From Nitrospinales bacterium (GTDB lineage: Bacteria > Nitrospinota > Nitrospinia > Nitrospinales > VA-1): a stretch of 64,000 nucleotides of DNA. Every line of letters starts with the position of its first letter. Position 1 is the stretch's first letter. Shown here one piece after another: positions 1 through 7,187 of the stretch. The notes under the pieces were generated by a model. The model made no database searches and was not told where the DNA came from. It saw nothing but the letters and a program-made list of their open reading frames with translations. The position numbers and the translations under genes are program-made. Location of the stretch: the NCBI GenBank assembly GCA_965263085.1, contig OZ253582.1:1848385-1912384 (forward strand). Reading direction: 5' to 3'.

Positions 1-46
1 ATTTTATAAGACCCATCCAACAAGGCTAATTATTTCCAGACAGTAA
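1..46 (+). CDS. 3-prime end of an ORF entering from upstream of the window (by position possibly dndC; only 15 codons visible)
   Basis: The frame is open from base 2 to TAA at 44-46. The TAA overlaps the next ATG (TAATG), which is operon-style coupling to dndD. Confidence 0.3.
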   Translation, partial: FYKTHPTRLIISRQ

Positions 47-2022
47 TGATAATTGACTCCATCGACATAGAAAATTTTGGGGTTTATTTAGGCAAGCAAA
101 CAGTTTTGTTAACACCGCCTTCCCAAAATAAACCGATAATCCTTTTTGGTGGCCAAAATGGAAGAGGTAAAACAACCCTCTTGAATGCCTTGCAACTTGG
201 TTTGTATGGAAAATTAGCCAGTTGTTCTAATAGAGGAAAACTTGGATACGAAGAGTATTTAAAGCGTTCAATCCATAGTTCGGCTGACCCAGCGCAGGGG
301 GCAAGCATAACTATAAGTTTTCGATACTTTACAAATGGAAGAGAAATAAAACATAAAATCATAAGGTCTTGGTTGTCTAACGGTAAAGGAACTAAAGAAG
401 GATTAGAGGTTTTTAAAAATGATAAGTTTGATCGCGTCCTTACAGATCAATGGGTAGAATTTTTTAGAGAATTTCTTCCTCCTAAACTGTCAAACTTATT
501 TTTCTTTGATGGAGAAAAAATAGAAAGTTTTGCGGATCTTGATAATGCCTCAAAATTATTATCTATAGGAATAAACTCACTACTGGGTGTTGATTTAATA
601 GAACAACTGTCCAAAGATTTGGTCGTTCTGGAAAGAAAAAAACAAACACCAAATTTAACCCCAACAGATAAAAAAGAAATAGAAGGGATTGAAAAAGAGA
701 TTAAACAAACCAACCAAAACATTGAATCTAAGAGAAATGAAATAGGAAAATTAAATAATGAGGTAACCCAAGTAAAGAACTCACTGGATAGCCTGCAAGA
801 GAAGTTTAGCCAAGAGGGTGGTGAAATCTACGAAAAAAGACATGAGCTGGAAGCAAGTAAAAATGAATTAAAAAAACAGATCGCTCAACTCGAAGTAGAG
901 TTGATTAGCGTTGCAAAAGGACCTGCGCCACTCTTTTTGTTGGGGAATCTTCTAGATTCAATATCATTGCAAGACAAAAAAGAATTAAGTGATACAAATA
1001 CTGCGGATTTAATAAATATTCTAGGCAAGCGAGATAAAGATATTATTGAACTTTGTAAAAAGGAAAAGGTGTCCCCTGCAATAATTACCAAATTGCAAAA
1101 AAAATTATGTGATGATATTGCGTCAAGAATTCCCAATGAAAGCTCCAAACCATATTTAGACCTAAATATGGATTCAAGGTTAAATTTAAATAACCTTAAT
1201 AATGTTGAATTACCGTCACTAGAAAAATCGATTGAGGCTACATTAAAAAAATATGATGAGGCAACTGAGCTTTTGAATATTAACAAGAAAAAATTAGGAA
1301 GTATTCCTAGTGACCAAGGGATAGCAGGGCTATTAGAAGAAATAAAAAAAATTAAAATAAAAGTAGAAGAAAATACTTTTAAAATAAAAAGAGCAGAAGA
1401 AGAGGCGAGTCGCTTAGACCGACAAAAAATTATTCTTGAAAAAGAATTAGAAAAAAAATATCTATTGTCTTTAGAAGAAAAATTTACTACCGAAGATAAT
1501 GAATTATTCCAAAAAAAATCTAAAACGGTAAGAGATACGTTGAATGTGTTTCATAAAGAGATATTAAAAAGACATATCGGTAAAATTCAAACCTTAATAC
1601 TGGATAGTTTTAATAAGCTGATAAGTAAAGATTCTTTAATCAAAGATTTTATTATTGATGTTAATGATTTTGGCATTACTTTGCAGGATTCAGGGGGAAG
1701 AACTATTTTACCAGAACGTCTTTCAGCTGGGGAAAGGCAGCTACTTGCGGTTTCAATGTTATGGGGATTAGCACGTGCATCAGGCCGAGCCCTTCCATCG
1801 GTCATTGATACACCCCTTGGAAGACTCGATTCTTCCCACCGCAAAAATATTGTTGAAAAATATTTTCCATTTTCGAGTCACCAAGTATTTTTATTGTCAA
1901 CAGACGAGGAAGTAGACCGAGAGCACTTTGAAAAATTAAAACCATGGATAGGCCATTCATATATATTAAATTTTGATGAATCAACAAATGCAACTAAAAT
2001 TGAAAAAGGATATTTTTGGTAA
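46..2022 (+). CDS. dndD: DNA phosphorothioation (sulfur modification) protein DndD, SMC/ABC-like ATPase
   Basis: 658 aa. It has Walker A GQNGRGKT, a long K/E-rich coiled-coil middle, an LSAGERQ signature and SVIDTPLGRLD Walker B. A DndE-like ORF overlaps its stop. Confidence 0.85.
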   Translation: MIIDSIDIENFGVYLGKQTVLLTPPSQNKPIILFGGQNGRGKTTLLNALQLGLYGKLASCSNRGKLGYEEYLKRSIHSSADPAQGASITISFRYFTNGREIKHKIIRSWLSNGKGTKEGLEVFKNDKFDRVLTDQWVEFFREFLPPKLSNLFFFDGEKIESFADLDNASKLLSIGINSLLGVDLIEQLSKDLVVLERKKQTPNLTPTDKKEIEGIEKEIKQTNQNIESKRNEIGKLNNEVTQVKNSLDSLQEKFSQEGGEIYEKRHELEASKNELKKQIAQLEVELISVAKGPAPLFLLGNLLDSISLQDKKELSDTNTADLINILGKRDKDIIELCKKEKVSPAIITKLQKKLCDDIASRIPNESSKPYLDLNMDSRLNLNNLNNVELPSLEKSIEATLKKYDEATELLNINKKKLGSIPSDQGIAGLLEEIKKIKIKVEENTFKIKRAEEEASRLDRQKIILEKELEKKYLLSLEEKFTTEDNELFQKKSKTVRDTLNVFHKEILKRHIGKIQTLILDSFNKLISKDSLIKDFIIDVNDFGITLQDSGGRTILPERLSAGERQLLAVSMLWGLARASGRALPSVIDTPLGRLDSSHRKNIVEKYFPFSSHQVFLLSTDEEVDREHFEKLKPWIGHSYILNFDESTNATKIEKGYFW

Positions 2023-2027
2023 TTGCG

Positions 2028-2396
2028 ATGATAGACCATGTACGATTATCACAGCAAGCTAAGGATCAGCTAGCGCAGTTAAAAAGAAAAACAAAACTTA
2101 CTCATTTTAATGAAATATGTCGGTGGGCATTTTGTCTTTCCTTAGCTGAGTCCTCTGCCCCATCAGTGAAGAACTTTAGAAATGATAACCCTCTTGAAAT
2201 GTCTTGGCGAGTGTTTGGAGGTAAATATCAGGATATTTACTTGGCATTACTCAAGCAAAGGTGTGTCAACGATGGCCTCGCTCTTGACTCAGAAACCTTA
2301 GCTGAACAACTTAAGCTCCACCTTCACCGAGGAATAGGATATTTAGCCGCAGATACCGAACTAAAAAATATATCGCACCTATTGAAAAAATATTGA
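2028..2396 (+). CDS. dndE: DNA phosphorothioation protein DndE
   Basis: The frame is open from 2016 (TTG, overlapping the dndD stop). The first ATG at 2028 gives 122 aa starting MIDHVRLSQQAKDQLAQLKRKT. Size, position and sequence match DndE as I remember it. Confidence 0.7.
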   Translation: MIDHVRLSQQAKDQLAQLKRKTKLTHFNEICRWAFCLSLAESSAPSVKNFRNDNPLEMSWRVFGGKYQDIYLALLKQRCVNDGLALDSETLAEQLKLHLHRGIGYLAADTELKNISHLLKKY

Positions 2397-2431
2397 CTGG
2401 TTCCAATTAGAAAAATTTATCTAGTTTGTGT

Positions 2432-2893
2432 TTAACGGACTAAATTGGTTATATCATCTAGGATGGATTGGTTTGAATTATCATTTTGCTCAAGCACAAG
2501 ATCTAATAATGATTCTCGCCCATCACCTGGCTTTTCATGGATCTTATTTTTAATTAATTCTAAGCCTCCGCAGGCATATTCTTCGAAGATTTTAATTTTT
2601 TCTTCCTCTCGTTTTTCTCCCATTATGTCTGCACTTTTTGTTGAGGCAATACCGATGTAGTTAAAAATGACGAAATCATAGTCACCTTTAAAAATATGAA
2701 CCCCAACTGGTTCAGATGACTTATCAAATGGAACCCTTTTGTTAGATTTAAATCCCAGACAAGCTGAAAAAACAAGAGCGTCTTTGTAAGTTAAAAATAT
2801 ATTTTTATTCTTGTCCTTATTTTGACAAAGCTCAAGAAGCATTTCTTCATATTCATCGGGACGTCTTACATCGTTAACCATAAAAACCCTCAT
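2432..2893 (-). CDS. Small dnd-linked protein of unknown function (resembles the family named dnd system-associated protein 4; assignment from memory)
   Basis: 153-aa ORF. Its start (ATG at 2893 or 2881) overlaps the stop (2874-2876) of the upstream ATPase gene. Confidence 0.6.
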   Translation of the reverse strand: MRVFMVNDVRRPDEYEEMLLELCQNKDKNKNIFLTYKDALVFSACLGFKSNKRVPFDKSSEPVGVHIFKGDYDFVIFNYIGIASTKSADIMGEKREEEKIKIFEEYACGGLELIKNKIHEKPGDGRESLLDLVLEQNDNSNQSILDDITNLVR

Positions 2894-4898
2894 TTATCAA
2901 AGTATATTCATAGCGGTCACTTTTTTTAACGCGTTCATTTGGTACATCTGGGCCTGGAGCATGGTAGACCAACGAAAACTCTTTGCCCATTCTCGGGCGA
3001 ATTTTATTTTCGATTTCACCGGACCAATGCGAATCAGACACCATGAGAACTACTTGTTCTGACATGCTAGGTATATATTCTGCAATTTTCTCTCTATATT
3101 CTGGGTCGAGAGGTCCATATGCTGAATCCATTACAATAGGGTATATTCCGCCCTTGAAGTAATAGTTTTTATCGCCTCGCTCTTTTGCCATCTGAACAAT
3201 GCTGGCAATAAAAGATAAGCTGGTGATTTGATTTTCGCCTGTAGACTTTTCATGTACCACCGTTTCGTGTTCTCCGACTTTTTTATAAATATCTAGAGTA
3301 TATTCATTGCTAATTTTAGCCCAATAATCTTTGCGGATAATTTTTTTAAATGTGTCATTCACTTTTCTAGATAATTTTTCGCGGACTTCACTGCCTAATG
3401 AGGTATACCATGACCCGATAAGGCCATATGTTTCTTCAGCAATAAAAATTCTACCTTGAGCTAATTTAACTTGCTCGTTTTGTGCGCTCAACTCTTCTCT
3501 TCGTTTTTTAAGGGTTGCGAGGTCTTTGTCTAATCCCTGTTTGGTTGCTTGTAGTGCTCCTTTTTCTAAAGTAGCACTGTCAATATCTTCATTAAGCTTC
3601 CCTCGTTTAGCTTCTAATCTCTGAACAGATTCTGAGTCAATCTTCCCAATTTTACTATTGATTTCATCAAGCTTACCGCTCATTGATTCAATTTTTTTCT
3701 CCATTTCTGTTCTTTTCAATTGGTCTGTCCGTAATCTATCGAATAGATCTTTTCGAGCTTGTTTTATAGGTAAAATTGCTCCAGAAGCGGTAATAAAAGA
3801 ACCCTCAATATCTTTGCCAGTAGTTGATTTTTTAAATTTAAGAACTTCATTAAAGGGTTGACTGCCTTCACTAAGTGCCCTTCCACAGATACATTGATTG
3901 GCTGCTAATAAATCATCTATAAATTGCTCTTTAACTTTAAACGGCAATTCTCCTTTTTTCCTTTTATCATCCAAAAAAGATTCACATGTATTAACCAATT
4001 CTTCAGTAAACGCTAAAAATCCAAAGCGGCTAATATAATCTCTTCGTTCTTTAATTAAAGAATCTTTGCTGGTAGAAGTAGCTGAAATTTCACCTTCTAA
4101 TTCGTTGCGTTTTGCTTGCAGCTCGGTTGAAGCCTTAGTGTCCGACAATTTTTTGTCAACAAGAGACAATTCCTCTCTAAATTGATTAATATTATTAGAC
4201 AAAAGCTTTAAATTTTTTTTACATTCATCTAATGAATCTTCCTTCTGGCTTTCATCTTCAGCCACTTGGCTTAAGTCACCCGTTGATAAATCTCTAAGTT
4301 CTTTTTTGAGAGTTTTAATTACAGGCTTTAAGTGTTCATATGCGCGATCGACAATCTGCAAACCCATTAAATTTTTAATAGCTATCTGTATATCGCTGCT
4401 TGAGTTTTTACGGGCTAGTTTTTCTATTCTTTCACCATTGAAGAAAAAATATGAGTGTAAGTTTTTCGGTAAAATTTGGTAAATATGAGTTTTGGGATTC
4501 TGAGATGTGATATGACCACCATTTGCATCAGTATGATTTAAAGTAAAATCCTCTGATTTGCTTTCATAATTTAGATTCGATTGTTTTATAAAAGTTTGGC
4601 TTCGCTTTGCAATATGTTTTTTATCATCATGCTCAAATATAATCTCAACGCTCATCTCCATTTGTTGGCCTTCCTTGGATTCATCAACAAGTCTTTCATT
4701 GAGAAGCTTCTCATTTTCACTATCAAAGTCTGTGATACCATAAAAACCCCATTTAAAACTATTGAGGATTGTTGTTTTGCCAGAGCCGTTTTCGCCATGT
4801 ATAACGGTTACATTTTGACCTGGATCGTTACTAAAATCTATTTTTTGAGTTCCGTAGAATTGTCGAAAGTTAGAAATTTTCAAAGAAATAAGTTTCAC
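2874..4898 (-). CDS. DndD-like SMC/ABC-type ATPase (second copy of the DndD architecture, outside the modification operon)
   Basis: 674 aa with a GTG start. It has Walker A GENGSGKT, a roughly 350-aa coiled-coil, an STGENQ signature and PIVMDSAYGPLD Walker B. This is the same layout as dndD at 46-2022. Confidence 0.8.
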   Translation of the reverse strand: MKLISLKISNFRQFYGTQKIDFSNDPGQNVTVIHGENGSGKTTILNSFKWGFYGITDFDSENEKLLNERLVDESKEGQQMEMSVEIIFEHDDKKHIAKRSQTFIKQSNLNYESKSEDFTLNHTDANGGHITSQNPKTHIYQILPKNLHSYFFFNGERIEKLARKNSSSDIQIAIKNLMGLQIVDRAYEHLKPVIKTLKKELRDLSTGDLSQVAEDESQKEDSLDECKKNLKLLSNNINQFREELSLVDKKLSDTKASTELQAKRNELEGEISATSTSKDSLIKERRDYISRFGFLAFTEELVNTCESFLDDKRKKGELPFKVKEQFIDDLLAANQCICGRALSEGSQPFNEVLKFKKSTTGKDIEGSFITASGAILPIKQARKDLFDRLRTDQLKRTEMEKKIESMSGKLDEINSKIGKIDSESVQRLEAKRGKLNEDIDSATLEKGALQATKQGLDKDLATLKKRREELSAQNEQVKLAQGRIFIAEETYGLIGSWYTSLGSEVREKLSRKVNDTFKKIIRKDYWAKISNEYTLDIYKKVGEHETVVHEKSTGENQITSLSFIASIVQMAKERGDKNYYFKGGIYPIVMDSAYGPLDPEYREKIAEYIPSMSEQVVLMVSDSHWSGEIENKIRPRMGKEFSLVYHAPGPDVPNERVKKSDRYEYTLINEGFYG

Positions 4899-5074
4899 GT
4901 CTTTATTTCCTCTCTAAATATATCTATTAATTTACCTATTATTTCTTGTTCTTTATTCCGGGGTATATCATTAAAGTGCTGATATTCTTTTTCAACTTCC
5001 AAAATTTTAGTAATAATACCTCTAACTTGGTCTGTTGTTGAAGCAATGACTTGACCTGGTTTTAAATCGTTCAT
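4895..5074 (-). CDS. 59-aa hypothetical protein (below the ORF-track length cutoff)
   Basis: ATG at 5074, TGA at 4895-4897. Hand translation: MNDLKPGQVIASTTDQVRGIITKILEVEKEYQHFNDIPRNKEQEIIGKLIDIFREEIKT. It starts 3 nt after the helicase-gene stop, and its TGA overlaps the GTG of the ATPase gene (GTGA). Confidence 0.5.
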   Translation of the reverse strand: MNDLKPGQVIASTTDQVRGIITKILEVEKEYQHFNDIPRNKEQEIIGKLIDIFREEIKT

Positions 5075-5077
5075 ATT

Positions 5078-7186
5078 TTAATAATCCAATAGATTCAATC
5101 TAGCCTTTATTGCTCGTAGGTTTTCTAAGACCTCACCTTTATTTATACAAATGTTCGCAAACTCATCTACTCTTTTTAATTCATTCTCCATTAACTTCCG
5201 TTCATAGCTAAAGTTTTGATTATTTGCTATGTCAGAGTTTGATTGTAATGGAGGTATCGCCAAAAAATCATAAATCTTTGCCTCTTTCTTACCCCGAGCT
5301 TGCCTCAGCACTCTTCCTCGACGCTGAATAAATTGTCTTGAGTTTGTTGAAGACGCTAAGATATAAGCTGTTTCAGTCCTAGGAACATCGACTCCTTCAT
5401 CTAAGCATTTTATGGCGACTAATACCTGAATTTTTCCTAAGCTAAAATCACTTAACAATTGCTGGCGAATATCATTTGTCTCCTGAGCAGTTATTTTATT
5501 TGCCTTTATTCCTAATTCAACGCCAACCATTTTTAGTATAGCTTCAACCTGTCTTTCACCTTCGTATATCATATCACCACAGTAAATCAAATTAAAATTA
5601 GAATCCAAATCCTTCTGCAGTAGTTCTTTTAGTATCGGGACTTTATTTTCAGCATTTGCAATCAATCGAGCTCTCTTAATCAGCAAGGTTTTTAAAGGTT
5701 TAGAGGTCAAATCATTATTATCATTATTTGAAGTACTTAATCGTGAAATAGAAATAGAAAGACTTCTATATTCATCCATCTCTTCTTCAGTGAGCGGAAC
5801 TTGGATCACGTGATAGTAATATGGACAAAGTGTGCCATCTGCAATGGCATCAGATATTTCATATTTAACAACTGTTTTGCTAAAATAATTTTTTAAGATC
5901 ATGGTACCTTCTTCATCATAAAACCTGTCAGGAGTTGCAGACAATCCAATCCGCCAAATAGCCTTATCAGGTAATAGCTCCTTGATCTCATTTCCACCTA
6001 AGTTATGCATTTCGTCAGCAATAAAAAGAAAATTCCCATTAAAGCTATCTAAAATATTTTGAAATGGTTCTCGGATAAATGTAGCGTTGGTAACAATAAA
6101 AAAAGAAATTGTAGATTGATTTAATTTTAGAGAATGTATACTATTCTTAGCTTTATCAAGCCAATTAGTGTAAGAGTCGTAGCATATTTGCGGATTGAAT
6201 CCAAATCCTTCAGCTTCTGTGTTCCATTGGTCAGCTAAATGTTTATAAGGCACAGCAACAGCTACCATTAAGTTACTATTTTTCGGATAAATAGCACCAT
6301 CTAAAATTCTAACAATCGAACTTAAAGCCGTGACCGTTTTACCCGAACCTGTTGCCATATGAAAAATTCCACGTCCATTATTCTTAAACCACTCATTAAT
6401 AGCCTTTTCTTGATGATCTCGTAACTTATTCTTTTGGTTTAAAAATTTATCTGGTATGCGTGGTGAGTTACCACTATCAGGAGCTTTTATTACTAGCCGA
6501 TAAGGTCGTGTTGTGGATTCAGTGATTTTAATAAATTTTTGGACAGCCTTATCTGTGGGTGTATATATCTCAAGATTTGGATCATTCTTGGACCACATTT
6601 TTTCAAAATCAGATTCTTTCCGATCAACTCTTTCACTTTCGCCAGGTTCCCAACTTCTATAAATATCTAAGACTTCCCAATTGGTATTAGCTGCGCTTGT
6701 TAAGTTGTATGAACCAGTAAATGCGATTTTATTGCCATCAAGATCATTTAGAATTCCAATTTTTGCATGAAAAATTCCACACAAAGCATTTTTTGGTACT
6801 GCTAGTTTAAATTCCAATATCTTATCGTTAATTAACCAACCAATAGTTGTTCTCGTTTCTAACTCGAGGGAAATCTGGAGTTCTTCGATGGATCGAATGG
6901 AAATATTTTCAATAATTCTTTTTTTATCCTCTAAATTTTTAGATTCTGATAGTAGCACCCAATCTTCTTCGTTTAATTGAGGGCTAATTATCCACCTAGA
7001 GTGCCCACCATTTTTAGCAAACATAGCAATTCCTTTGGCAGCGTCCCTTATCCACTTTGAGGAAAAATAACCGACCGCTATATCATAAGAAATAGATGTT
7101 GCTAAAACCGGGTCAAAAAATTCTTTTATAGGATCATTGGATGAGGTGGTTAAGGAAATAGGAATATTTAACTCAAGAAATGACAT
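5078..7186 (-). CDS. PLD-family (HKD) nuclease domain fused to an SF2 DExH helicase; resembles the family named DNA phosphorothioation system restriction enzyme
   Basis: 702 aa. HKD motif FHAKIGILNDLDGNKIAFTGSYNLT; helicase motif I MATGSGKT, II DEMH, III LSATP, VI QRRGRVLRQ. Confidence 0.8.
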   Translation of the reverse strand: MSFLELNIPISLTTSSNDPIKEFFDPVLATSISYDIAVGYFSSKWIRDAAKGIAMFAKNGGHSRWIISPQLNEEDWVLLSESKNLEDKKRIIENISIRSIEELQISLELETRTTIGWLINDKILEFKLAVPKNALCGIFHAKIGILNDLDGNKIAFTGSYNLTSAANTNWEVLDIYRSWEPGESERVDRKESDFEKMWSKNDPNLEIYTPTDKAVQKFIKITESTTRPYRLVIKAPDSGNSPRIPDKFLNQKNKLRDHQEKAINEWFKNNGRGIFHMATGSGKTVTALSSIVRILDGAIYPKNSNLMVAVAVPYKHLADQWNTEAEGFGFNPQICYDSYTNWLDKAKNSIHSLKLNQSTISFFIVTNATFIREPFQNILDSFNGNFLFIADEMHNLGGNEIKELLPDKAIWRIGLSATPDRFYDEEGTMILKNYFSKTVVKYEISDAIADGTLCPYYYHVIQVPLTEEEMDEYRSLSISISRLSTSNNDNNDLTSKPLKTLLIKRARLIANAENKVPILKELLQKDLDSNFNLIYCGDMIYEGERQVEAILKMVGVELGIKANKITAQETNDIRQQLLSDFSLGKIQVLVAIKCLDEGVDVPRTETAYILASSTNSRQFIQRRGRVLRQARGKKEAKIYDFLAIPPLQSNSDIANNQNFSYERKLMENELKRVDEFANICINKGEVLENLRAIKARLNLLDY

Positions 7187-7187
7187 A

